Of a stretch of DNA of 54,729 bases, positions 28,265-37,619 are shown piece after piece. A program made the position numbers and the translations under genes. The DNA is from Candidatus Xenobia bacterium (lineage in GTDB: Bacteria > Vulcanimicrobiota > Xenobia > Xenobiales > QWHO01). Every line of letters begins with the position of its first letter. Position 1 is the stretch's first letter. The notes beneath the pieces were generated by a model, which was given only the letters and a program-made list of their open reading frames with translations, was not told the DNA's origin and searched no databases. Location of the stretch: assembly GCA_045863235.1 (NCBI GenBank), contig BTUM01000054.1:1-54729 (forward strand), in the 5' to 3' direction.

Positions 28265-29349
28265 AGACCGAGACGCGCTACATCGGAACCTCCCTCGACG
28301 GCCCCTGCCTCGAGCCCCCCGGCCTGAGCGTTCGAGGCTACGACCTCAACGAGATGATCGGCACGCTGTCGTTTGCTCAGGCGGTGCAACACCTGCTCAC
28401 CGGCGAGGTGGCCGACGGCACGGGGCTCGACGCCTACATGGCCGCCTGCTGCCGTGAAGTGCCTCCCGATCATCCCGCCCTGGACCTGATCGTGCGGGCC
28501 CGTCAGGCGGGCGCCTCCTGGCACGCGGCCACCATGGCAGGGCTGGCCGTGCAGCCCCCCGCACCGCCCTGCGAAGCTCCCGCCATGAGCGCGGACAACC
28601 TGGAGGCCGTGACCCTCCTGGGCGTGCTCCCCCGCTACGTGACGGCGGCCGTGCGCGGCCACGACCTGGTGCCCCCCGAGTCGGACCACCTCGACCAGAT
28701 GTACTGGCTGTGCACCGGTCGCCATCTGGCCGACCAGCGCCAGCGGCAGGTGCTCGACAACCTGATGGTCAGCTTCCACGCCGGTTTCGGGGTGGTACCC
28801 CCCAGCGTGCTCGTGCCCCGCGCCGCGGCCGGAACCGGGGTGCCCATGCACCAGGCCGTCTCAGCTGGTTTTGCCACCTGTGGAGCCATGCACACCGGGG
28901 CCTGCGAGTCCCACATGGCCATGATGGAAGGGATCTTCGCCCACCAGGACCCGGTCCAGGCGGCCGAGGAGATGCTCGAGACCACGCTGGCTCAGGGCAA
29001 GCGCATCCTGGGCTACGGCCATCCCTTCTTCCTGGCCGACCCGCGCGTGCCCCGCATTCGCTCGCTCTTTCGCGAGTACGGCTTCGAGTCTCGTTACCTC
29101 GAGGTCTACGACCGGTTGCAAGAGCTGGTCCGCCAACGGCTCAAGATCGAGCCCAACCTGGACGCCATCAACTCCACCACCCTGCTCAGCCTGGGCGTCA
29201 CCAGCGCCTGCGGCTCGGCCATCTTCCTGTGCTCGCGCCCGGCCGCCATGGTGGCCCACTTCATCGAGCGCCGGAACCGCCCCGCTTTCGGAACCACCAG
29301 CCCCAACGCCCGGCAGTGGTACGACAAGATCTCACTTGACTGGTTATAG
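28261..29349 (+). CDS. citrate synthase/citryl-CoA lyase-like protein
   Basis: VRGYDL, HAGFG..PS, HTGACE, GYGHP...DPR, PNLD. Confidence 0.8.
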   Translation: MKTETRYIGTSLDGPCLEPPGLSVRGYDLNEMIGTLSFAQAVQHLLTGEVADGTGLDAYMAACCREVPPDHPALDLIVRARQAGASWHAATMAGLAVQPPAPPCEAPAMSADNLEAVTLLGVLPRYVTAAVRGHDLVPPESDHLDQMYWLCTGRHLADQRQRQVLDNLMVSFHAGFGVVPPSVLVPRAAAGTGVPMHQAVSAGFATCGAMHTGACESHMAMMEGIFAHQDPVQAAEEMLETTLAQGKRILGYGHPFFLADPRVPRIRSLFREYGFESRYLEVYDRLQELVRQRLKIEPNLDAINSTTLLSLGVTSACGSAIFLCSRPAAMVAHFIERRNRPAFGTTSPNARQWYDKISLDWL

Positions 29350-29358
29350 GAGGAAACA

Positions 29359-30027
29359 ATGCGAATCGACATCCCCGTACCCCAGACCCCCGATCTCTAC
29401 GATCACTACACGGGGGCTTTCACCAAGCCCTGGGATGACATCCTGATCGACCGCGTGGTGGCCGAGTGGCAGCAGATGGGCCTCTCCGAAGGCACCCTGG
29501 TGGACGTGGGCACCGGCACGGCCGTGCTCATGATCCAGGCCGCCCGGCGGCCCGAGCTCCAAGGGCTCAAGATGCTCGGGTTGGACTTTTTCCCGAACAT
29601 GGTGGAGAAGGCCCGCGAGATGATCGCCGCTGCCGGCCTGACCGAGCGCATCGCGGTGCAGGTGGCCGATGCCCAGGCCACCGGCCTGCCCGATGGCTGC
29701 GCCGACCTCATCATGAGCCGGGCCACCATGCACCACCTGCGTGAGCCCGAAACGGCTTATCGCGAGATGCACCGCCTGCTCAAGCCCCACGGCGTGGCCG
29801 TCATCCACGACATGCGCCGCGATCCCGACCCGGAGGCCTTCGCCCAGTTCAACGAGCTGCGCCAGGCAGCCGGCATCGGGCCGACGATCCTCGAGCAGAA
29901 GTACACTCTGGCCGAGGTCAAGCAACAGGTCCACGCCGCCGGATTGGACACAAAAGCTGATGTCTACTGGGGCGAGAGCGGTCCTGCCGCTCTTGGATAT
30001 GAAGTGCGGATCCGGGGAGGGAAGTAG
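29359..30027 (+). CDS. class I SAM-dependent methyltransferase
   Basis: LVDVGTGTA, GLD...M, VADA, MHH...E..RLLKPHG; RBS aggagg. Confidence 0.9.
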   Translation: MRIDIPVPQTPDLYDHYTGAFTKPWDDILIDRVVAEWQQMGLSEGTLVDVGTGTAVLMIQAARRPELQGLKMLGLDFFPNMVEKAREMIAAAGLTERIAVQVADAQATGLPDGCADLIMSRATMHHLREPETAYREMHRLLKPHGVAVIHDMRRDPDPEAFAQFNELRQAAGIGPTILEQKYTLAEVKQQVHAAGLDTKADVYWGESGPAALGYEVRIRGGK

Positions 30028-30102
30028 CTGCCGGGGCGACGAACAGCCTGGTTCGACCCAGGAGTTTGATCCTCCGCAAATTTGCTAAGGAGCAGGAAAC
30101 CA

Positions 30103-30405
30103 ATGAAGTTCCTCGTTATCATGCGGCCCAACGGCAGCAACCACGGAATCGGCAAGGACGGCAAGAGCCACACCGAGGCCCTCAAGAAAGCCATCAAGTC
30201 CGGTGCTGTCGAGAGTGCCTACGCGTTCATCGGTGGCGGCGCGGCCTATGTGGTCAAAGCCAAGGACACTTACGAGCTGGCTGGCAAGGTCCGCTACAAT
30301 CCTCTGTTTGACAGCTGCTCCGTGGAAGTGATCCCGGTGGCTGACGCGGTCGACTTCCTGGAAGCCGCCCATCGCCAGACCGCCCCGGCCACGAAGAAGA
30401 AGTAA
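30103..30405 (+). CDS. small ferredoxin-like fold protein (DUF3303/muconolactone-isomerase-like)
   Basis: MKFLVI...YAFIGGG...NPLF...EVIPV; RBS aaggag. Confidence 0.55.
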   Translation: MKFLVIMRPNGSNHGIGKDGKSHTEALKKAIKSGAVESAYAFIGGGAAYVVKAKDTYELAGKVRYNPLFDSCSVEVIPVADAVDFLEAAHRQTAPATKKK

Positions 30406-30427
30406 GCTCACCACAATCGCGTGCAAT

Positions 30428-30461
30428 GAGACCTCGCCGGATTTCCGGCGAGGTTCTCTTG
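30428..30461 (+). terminator. stem-loop, probable intrinsic terminator between the small gene and the PKS
   Basis: acctcgccgga-tt-tccggcgaggt followed by tctctt. Confidence 0.55.
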
Positions 30462-30516
30462 TCCCAGGGGGAACCGTTGTCGCTCATCCCCCGGTCATGG
30501 CTCCAGGAGGATTTCC

Positions 30517-33500
30517 ATGTCGTTTTTGTGTCTGGTCACCATCCCGGCTGACTCCACCTGCATCGAGGCCGCCCTGGCCGCCATCCGAGCAGGCGGGGTG
30601 GGCTTGCTCGACCTGGGGCACTGCCAGGCAGAGAGCCCCGTCGTGCAGCGCAACCTGGCCGAGCTGGCTCGGCTCGGGCAAGACCGCTGGGGGGTCAAGG
30701 CGAGCACAAAGCAACTCGAGCGGCTGGGCGAGCTGCCCCGGGCCATCGTGGTCGATCCGACCGGTCCGCCCCGGGAAGGCTGGCTGGCCCTGGTCCAGGA
30801 GCCTTCCCAGCTGGCAGAGCTGGATGGCTGGTCGGGGGTGGTGGTCAGCGGTAGCGAGAACGGCGGCAAAGTGGGCAGTTTCTCCAGCCTGCCTTTGCTG
30901 GACGCGGCCCTGGAGTGGGGCAAACGGCCGGTCTACCTGCACGGAGCCGCCGGGGTGAGAGCCGCGGCCGGTGCCCGAGCCATCGGAGCGGCCGGCGTCG
31001 TGCTCGATGACCAGATCCTGCTCATGCCCGAGTCTCCGCTGCCCAACCGCTGGCGCCGACTGCTCGAGACCCCTGCCGGCCAGGAGACCCGGCTCGTCGA
31101 TGGACAGCGGTTTCTGGCCCACCCGGCCTGGCCGCGCTCGCTTCAGACCCCCGTCGAGCTGAGCTGGGGCGATCCACGCCAGAGCGTCTGGCCCCTGGGC
31201 CAGGGGATCGCCCTGGCTCCCTCGCTGGTCCGCCAGTACCGCACCGTCGAGGCCCTGGTGCGAGCCATCATGGACCCCGACCGCGCCACCGCCACCCCGC
31301 TCGACGAGCACTCCCCTCTGGCCCTTTCCCACGGTACGCGTTATCCGCTGGTGCAGGGGCCGATGACCCGGGTCAGCGACCGCCCCGCCTTCGCCCGCCA
31401 GGTGGCTGAGGCCGGCGCCCTCCCCATGATGGCCCTGGCTCTCATGAGCGCCGAGGACACGGCCCGCCTGCTGCAGGAAACCAGCCAGGCCCTGGGCGAG
31501 CTCCCCTGGGGGGTGGGCATCCTGGGCTTCGTGCCGCTGCCGGTGCGCCAGGCCCAGCTGGGTGAGATCCTCAAAGTCAGGCCCCGCTTCGCCCTCATCG
31601 CCGGCGGCCGGCCCGATCAGGCCCACGCCCTGGAGGCCGAGGGCATCGCCACCTATCTTCACTGCCCCGTGCCCTCCTTGCTCAGGGCCTTCGTGGCTCA
31701 GGGCTGTCGCCGCTTCGTGTTCGAGGGGCGTGAGTGTGGGGGGCATACCGGTCCGCTGGGCAGCCTGACACTCTGGGAGCAGATGATCCAGGTCCTCCTG
31801 GAGGCTCCTGCCCCGCAGGAAGACTACCACCTGCTCTTTGCCGGCGGGCTGCATGGCGAGCGCACCGCCGCTCTGGCGGCTACCATGGCCGCGCCCCTGA
31901 CCGAGCGCGGCATGCGCTTTGGCCTGCTGGCCGGCACGGCCTATCTCTTCACCCGCGAGGCGGTGGCGACGGGGGCCATCGTGGAGGAGTATCAGCGCCA
32001 GGCCCTCTCCTGCCGGCGCACCGTGAGCCTGGAGTCGGCGCCGGGCCAGTCCAACCGGGTGGCCGACACCCCCTTCGCGCGCGCCTTCGAGGCCGAGCGC
32101 CAGCGCCTGAGAGCCGAGGGGGCCTCGCTCGAGGACACCCAGCGCGAGCTGGAGGGCCTCGGCCTGGGACGCCTGCGGGTGGCCGCCCGGGGCCTGGAGC
32201 GCCAGGGCGACCGGCTCGAGCCGGTGCCCCCCGAGCGCCAGGTGGAGCTGGGCATGTACCTGCTGGGCGAAGTGGGGGCCCTGCAGGACGAGACCCGGAC
32301 CCTGCAAGAGCTGCACCGCTCCCTGACCGAGGGCAGCCGGGCCTACCTCTCTCCCGCTCCCCGGCCCCAGGCGCCACCGGCCCGACCCTGTCAGGTGGCC
32401 GTCGTGGGGATCTCGTGCTGGCTGCCCGGAGCCACCGATCCCGAGGAGCTGTGGGAGCTGTGCACCAGCGCCCGCAACGTAACCGGCGAGGTGCCTGCCG
32501 ACCGCTGGGATTGGCGGCTCTTCTTCGACACCGACCGCAGCGCCGTGGGGAAGACCTACAGCCGCTGGGGGGGCTTCTTCCCCGAGCTGACCTTCGATCC
32601 GGTCGAGTTCGGCATCCCTCCCACCTCCATGCCCAACATCAACCCGGCCCAACTGCTGGCCCTGGAGATGGCCCGCCGGGCCCTGGCCGACGCTGGCCTG
32701 GACAGTCGTCCCTTCGACCGAGAGGCCACCTGCGCGGTGGTGGCCAGCTCCGACACCGGCGGCCTGCTGGGCAACCTGCTGGCCGTTGGCACGGTGCTGC
32801 CCCTGCTCACCGCCCAGCCGGACCCCGCCATGCTGGCCCGCATGCCCATGGTCAACGAAGAGACCTTCACCGGCACCATCAACAACATCGTCTCGGGCCG
32901 GGTGGCCAACCGGCTCGACCTGGGCGGCCCCAACTACACCGTGGACGCGGCCTGCGCCTCCTCCCTGACGGCCCTCGAGGCGGGCGTGCGCGAGCTGGTC
33001 AACCATCGCTCCAACGTGGCCCTGGTGGGGGCGGTGGACATCGGCATGACCCCCCAGGCCTACCAGTCCTTCGGCAAGCTCACCGCTCTGTCGCCCACGG
33101 GCCGGTCGCGGCCCTTCGACACCCAGGCAGACGGGATCGTGCTCAGCGAGGGCTCGGTATTCGTGGTTCTCAAGCGACTCGAGGATGCTCAGCGCGACGG
33201 GGACCGGATCTACGCCGTCATCCAGAGCGTGGGCGCCTCCAGCGACGGCAAGGCGCTGGGCATGACCGCGCCGCTGCCGGCCGGACAGCTGCGCGCCCTG
33301 AACCGGGCTTACCACCAGGCCGGGGTCAGCCCGGCCCAGCTGGGCTTGTATGAAGCCCACGGCACCGGCACCCCGGTAGGCGATCGGGCCGAGGCCGAGA
33401 CGGTCACCCGCCTGCTCAGCCAGGACGGCGCTGCCCCTCGCTCGGTGCGCCTGGGTTCGGTCAAGGCCTTGATGGGCCACACCAAAGTCGCCGCCGGGCT

Positions 33501-36500
33501 GGTCTCGCTGGCCAAGGTGGCGCTGGCTCTGCACCACCAGACCCTGCCCCCTCATCCGGTGGAGCAGCCCCTGGAGGCGCTGCAAGATCCCACCTCGCCT
33601 CTTGCTCTGGACGGGCGTCCCGCCCCCTGGCTGGGCTCCGAGCCCCTGCGCGCGGGCGTGAGCTCGTTCGGTTTCGGAGGCACCAACGCCCACGCCGTGC
33701 TCGAGCAGTACCGCGGCCCTCGTCCCGCCCCCGGAGGGGAGGCCTGGCCCTGGGAGCTGCTGGTCTTCACCGGATCGGATCTGCTCGACCAGGTGCGCAA
33801 ACTGGCCACGGGACTGGGGCGAGGAGCCCGTCCGCGGCTGCGCGACATCGCCTACACCCTGGCCCTGAAGGCCGATCCCGAGGCCGAGCGCACTCTGGTG
33901 GTGGTCATCGACCGGCTCAGCACCCTCGAGCCGGTGCTGCGCCTGATCGAGCGCCACCTGGTCGCAGGCGAGGACTTGCCTCCCGAGGCCATGCTGTTCG
34001 AGGGCAAGCCCGGGGGCCGGATCGCCTTCCTCTTCTCGGGCCAGGGCTCGCAGGCCGTGGGTGCCTGCCGCGAGCCGGCCCTCTACCTGAGCGAGCTGCG
34101 CCAGGCCCTGGAGCTGGCCCAGCGCGAGGTGGGAGAGCACTACCCGCGGCCTCTGGCCAGCTACCTTTACCCGGGCCAGCCGCTCGACCGCGAGGAGGAG
34201 AGCGCCCAGCGCCGGGCCCTGACCGACACCCACGTGGCCCAGCCCGTGTTGGGCGCTCTCTCACTGGGCCTCTACGCCTTCCTCGAGCGCCTGGGGGTGC
34301 GCCCCGACGCGCTGGCCGGCCACAGCTTCGGTGAGTTGACCGCTCTGGCCGTGGCCGGGGTCGTGACCGAGGAGGATTTCCTGCGCCTGGCCGAGGTGCG
34401 GGGACGATCCATGGCCGGCTGCGCCGAAGGCACCATGGCGGCCGTGCTCGCGCCCCGCGAGGAAGTCGAGCGCCACCTGGTCGAGGGGGTGGTGGTGGCC
34501 AACCATAATGCTCCCGAGCAAACCGTCATCTCGGGCTCGGTGGCGGCCGTCGAGACGGCCGTGACCCGGCTGCGGGAGGCCGGACACACGGCCACCAGGC
34601 TGGAGGTTGCCGGCGCCTTCCACTCGCCCCTGATGCAGTCGGCCCAGCAGCCGCTGGCGGACTTCATCGCCACCCTCGAGCTGGGCGCTCCCAGCCTGCC
34701 CGTGCTGGCCAACAAGGACGGCCAGGCCTACCCGCAAGACCCCGAGGCGCTGCGCTCACACCTGCAGTCGCACCTGCTCGAGCGAGTCGAGTTCGTGGCC
34801 CAGATCCGCGCCCTGGTGGCGCGTGGCGTGGATACTTTCGTGGAGGTCGGACCGGGCTCGGTGCTCTCGCGCCTGGTCGAGAAGATCGCCCCGGAGGCCA
34901 CCGCCATCGCTCTGGGAGAGAGCGACCTGCGCTCGTTCTTGACCCGTCTGGCCCGGCTTTCGGGCCGGGTATCCCTGGACTGGCCCGCTCTCTTCCAGGG
35001 TCGCAGCGTGCAGGCGCTCGACCTGGCCGGTCTGGAGGGCCCGCCCCCGCTGTCGCCCACTGCCTGGCTGGTGAACGGCAACCAGGTGCGCCGACCGGGC
35101 GATCCCCTCCAGAAGTATGCCCAGCAGCCCCTGCTCGACAGCGCCAGCGCCGCTCAGGAGGCTCGTCGCCCGGCCAGCGTGGCGCCAGCCCCGGCGCCAA
35201 CCGCCCCCGCTCCCACCGCCGCCCCGGCTGAGATGGGCGACCGGCTGGCCGCCTTCCAGGCCTATCAGGAGACCATGCGGGTCTTCCTCAAGAGCCAGGA
35301 GGAGGTGATGCGCGCGCTCATGGGCTCGGCTCCCCCGGCTCGACCCGCCCCTTCGCCCCTGATCCCGCTGAGCCGAGCGGGCGTGGCTCCCGCTGCGCCG
35401 GCTCCACCGCCTCCGATGCCGAAGAACGACCGTCCGGCCCCGAAAGTCGAGGCCCCCGAGCCCACGGCGCTGACCGAGGAGAGCTTGCTGTCCAGGCTGG
35501 TGGCCCTGGTCAGCGAGCGCACCGGCTATCCCCCCGCCATGCTGGGCGCCGACCTGGACATCGAGGCTCAGCTGGGCGTGGACTCCATCAAGCGACTGGA
35601 GATTCTGGACCGGTTCGTGACCACCCTCAGTGACCCGCGTGCCCTGCACGGCCAGCTCGACCGCCTGAGCCGCACCAAGACCCTGCGCGGCCTGGCTCAG
35701 GCCGTGCTGCAGCTGGTTCAGCCCGCAGCCACACCCTGCGCGCGCTACGTGATGCAGCCGGTAGAGACCCCTCGCCCGGCCTTTCACGAGCTGCCCCGAG
35801 GTCTGTGCTGGATCACCGAGGATGCCCGAGGTGCCGCCGAGGCCCTGGTCAGCCGGCTGGCCGAGAAGGCGGTGAGCTGCCTGGTGCTGCCCTCTGATTT
35901 GCTGGCCGACCCGGCTCGTCTCGAGGCCAGGGTGGAGGACCTGGTGCAAGAGCACGGACCTTGCGCCATGCTGGTGCACCTTGCTCCGGTGGGGCGCGCC
36001 CACGACCCGCAGGTGGAGATGCGCAGCCTGTTCCAGATCGTTCGCAAGGTTGAGGGCGTGAAGCGCATCCTGGTGGCGACCTGCCAGGACGGCCACTTCG
36101 GCCGCAAGTCCCCGGGCTCGCCCTACGGACCGGCCTGCCAGGCACTGCTCAAGTGCCTGCAGGCGGAGTGGCCCGGGCTCTGGGCCCGCGCCCTCGACTT
36201 CGAGGCCGAGCTCTCCTCCGACAGCCTGGCCGAGCAGGTGGCCGAAGAGCTGGCCAGCGACGCCGGCGAGCTGGAGGTGGGCCTGCCGCGCTCGGGCCGG
36301 CTGGCCTTCAAGCCGGTCCAGGCACCTGCCCCGGCCGGTCAGAGCGAGTTGCCCGATGGAGCCGTGGTCCTGGCCACCGGCGGGGCCCGGGGCATCAGCT
36401 TCCACTGCCTGTCAGGCCTGGTGCGGGCCGGCATGCGGCTGGTGCTGCTGGGAACCACCCCGCTCACCGGCGAGGAGATTCCCGCCCTGCCCCCGGAGAA

Positions 36501-37209
36501 GCTGCGGGCCTGGCTGCTCGAGCGCTCGCAGGGCGAGACCCCGGCCGCGGTGGAGGCCCGCCTGCAGAGCCTGCTGCGCCAGCGCGAGATTCGCGAGCAC
36601 CTGGAGGCTCTGACCCGCCGCGGTCTGACCGTGGACTACCGGGTCTGCGACGTGCGCGATCGCCAGGCTTTCTCCGAGCTGATCGCCAGCGTGTATCAAA
36701 AGTACGGGCGCCTGGATTCGGTGCTGCACGGCGCCGGCATCATCCGCGACAAGCTGGTGGGCGACAAGACCATGGAGAGCTTCGACGAGGTGGTGGCCAC
36801 CAAGGTGGCCGCCGCCGAGGTGCTGCTCGAGTCGCTCAAGGGCGAGAGCCTGCGCTCGGTGGTGCTCTTCTCGAGCACCGCCGGCCGCTTCGGCAACCGG
36901 GGTCAGGGCGACTACGCGCTGGCCAACGAGGTGCTCAACCGCCTGGCTTATCTCATGCAGGCCCGCTGGCCTCGGGCCCGGGTGGTCTCCGTGGCCTGGG
37001 GTCCCTGGGCCGGCGCCGGCATGGCCGGCGAGGAGGTCAACCGCGCTTTCCGCTCGCGGGGGATCGAGCCCATCACCACCGAGGCCGGGGTGGCTTTCTT
37101 GCAGGCCGAGCTCCGCTCGGCTCGGGGCGAGGTGGAGGTGGTGGCGGGGGAGGGCCCGTGGGATCGGCCCCTGTCGGCTGAGCGAGCGGTCGCGGGAGCT
37201 GCTTCGTAG
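30517..37209 (+). CDS. type I PKS (PfaA/HglE-related): FabK/NMO-like enoyl reductase region-KS-AT-ACP-KR
   Basis: QGPMTRVSD, EGRECGGH; KS DAACASS, EAHGTGT, GHTKVAAG; AT GQGSQ, GHSFGE, AFHS; ACP LGVDSIK; KR TGGARGI, HGAG..RD, YALAN. Confidence 0.93.
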   Translation: MSFLCLVTIPADSTCIEAALAAIRAGGVGLLDLGHCQAESPVVQRNLAELARLGQDRWGVKASTKQLERLGELPRAIVVDPTGPPREGWLALVQEPSQLAELDGWSGVVVSGSENGGKVGSFSSLPLLDAALEWGKRPVYLHGAAGVRAAAGARAIGAAGVVLDDQILLMPESPLPNRWRRLLETPAGQETRLVDGQRFLAHPAWPRSLQTPVELSWGDPRQSVWPLGQGIALAPSLVRQYRTVEALVRAIMDPDRATATPLDEHSPLALSHGTRYPLVQGPMTRVSDRPAFARQVAEAGALPMMALALMSAEDTARLLQETSQALGELPWGVGILGFVPLPVRQAQLGEILKVRPRFALIAGGRPDQAHALEAEGIATYLHCPVPSLLRAFVAQGCRRFVFEGRECGGHTGPLGSLTLWEQMIQVLLEAPAPQEDYHLLFAGGLHGERTAALAATMAAPLTERGMRFGLLAGTAYLFTREAVATGAIVEEYQRQALSCRRTVSLESAPGQSNRVADTPFARAFEAERQRLRAEGASLEDTQRELEGLGLGRLRVAARGLERQGDRLEPVPPERQVELGMYLLGEVGALQDETRTLQELHRSLTEGSRAYLSPAPRPQAPPARPCQVAVVGISCWLPGATDPEELWELCTSARNVTGEVPADRWDWRLFFDTDRSAVGKTYSRWGGFFPELTFDPVEFGIPPTSMPNINPAQLLALEMARRALADAGLDSRPFDREATCAVVASSDTGGLLGNLLAVGTVLPLLTAQPDPAMLARMPMVNEETFTGTINNIVSGRVANRLDLGGPNYTVDAACASSLTALEAGVRELVNHRSNVALVGAVDIGMTPQAYQSFGKLTALSPTGRSRPFDTQADGIVLSEGSVFVVLKRLEDAQRDGDRIYAVIQSVGASSDGKALGMTAPLPAGQLRALNRAYHQAGVSPAQLGLYEAHGTGTPVGDRAEAETVTRLLSQDGAAPRSVRLGSVKALMGHTKVAAGLVSLAKVALALHHQTLPPHPVEQPLEALQDPTSPLALDGRPAPWLGSEPLRAGVSSFGFGGTNAHAVLEQYRGPRPAPGGEAWPWELLVFTGSDLLDQVRKLATGLGRGARPRLRDIAYTLALKADPEAERTLVVVIDRLSTLEPVLRLIERHLVAGEDLPPEAMLFEGKPGGRIAFLFSGQGSQAVGACREPALYLSELRQALELAQREVGEHYPRPLASYLYPGQPLDREEESAQRRALTDTHVAQPVLGALSLGLYAFLERLGVRPDALAGHSFGELTALAVAGVVTEEDFLRLAEVRGRSMAGCAEGTMAAVLAPREEVERHLVEGVVVANHNAPEQTVISGSVAAVETAVTRLREAGHTATRLEVAGAFHSPLMQSAQQPLADFIATLELGAPSLPVLANKDGQAYPQDPEALRSHLQSHLLERVEFVAQIRALVARGVDTFVEVGPGSVLSRLVEKIAPEATAIALGESDLRSFLTRLARLSGRVSLDWPALFQGRSVQALDLAGLEGPPPLSPTAWLVNGNQVRRPGDPLQKYAQQPLLDSASAAQEARRPASVAPAPAPTAPAPTAAPAEMGDRLAAFQAYQETMRVFLKSQEEVMRALMGSAPPARPAPSPLIPLSRAGVAPAAPAPPPPMPKNDRPAPKVEAPEPTALTEESLLSRLVALVSERTGYPPAMLGADLDIEAQLGVDSIKRLEILDRFVTTLSDPRALHGQLDRLSRTKTLRGLAQAVLQLVQPAATPCARYVMQPVETPRPAFHELPRGLCWITEDARGAAEALVSRLAEKAVSCLVLPSDLLADPARLEARVEDLVQEHGPCAMLVHLAPVGRAHDPQVEMRSLFQIVRKVEGVKRILVATCQDGHFGRKSPGSPYGPACQALLKCLQAEWPGLWARALDFEAELSSDSLAEQVAEELASDAGELEVGLPRSGRLAFKPVQAPAPAGQSELPDGAVVLATGGARGISFHCLSGLVRAGMRLVLLGTTPLTGEEIPALPPEKLRAWLLERSQGETPAAVEARLQSLLRQREIREHLEALTRRGLTVDYRVCDVRDRQAFSELIASVYQKYGRLDSVLHGAGIIRDKLVGDKTMESFDEVVATKVAAAEVLLESLKGESLRSVVLFSSTAGRFGNRGQGDYALANEVLNRLAYLMQARWPRARVVSVAWGPWAGAGMAGEEVNRAFRSRGIEPITTEAGVAFLQAELRSARGEVEVVAGEGPWDRPLSAERAVAGAAS

Positions 37210-37619
37210 GCTCTGCACCTGTTCGTCCTGATTCTCAGGACTCTCGACGTCAGGACAAAGAGCTCCAGGTTCATCCTCGATTTCGCACACCCGTTCGTCC
37301 CCGCTGGGGACAAACTGTTGTTCGGTCCACCCGCCATAGGAGGAGCTACGCCCCGTCAGGGTGTTCCGGCTGCGCTCCTGGCCGCTCCTCTCCGTGTCAC
37401 AGGCTGTCTTCGCTTTTCGGCTTTAGTAATTTCGATTCCAGGGGTCCGTGACTAAACTATTTTAGGCGTTCGGCCCTGTTCGAGAAAATGATTTCTCCGT
37501 GCAGAGAGGAGCCGGTGAAGGTAGCAGCGAAAGGGGCGACCTTGCCGGCTAGAATCTAAGAATTCCGGCCTTTGCACTTCCTGGCGACGAGCCAGACCAA
37601 TCTGACCGGGGAGCTCATC

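Noticed and set aside
30484..34233. 1249-aa minus-strand ORF (likewise 51268-54540 +, 37452-39677 -, 6653-9085 -, 9058-11145 +)
   Set aside because: Antisense shadows of well-supported genes in high-GC DNA; no recognisable motifs
37466..37545. glnA glutamine riboswitch or sigma-54 promoter upstream of glnN
   Set aside because: CGTTC is present but the closing GAACG strand and GGAAGTA core are not; no TGGCAC-N5-TTGC spacing found
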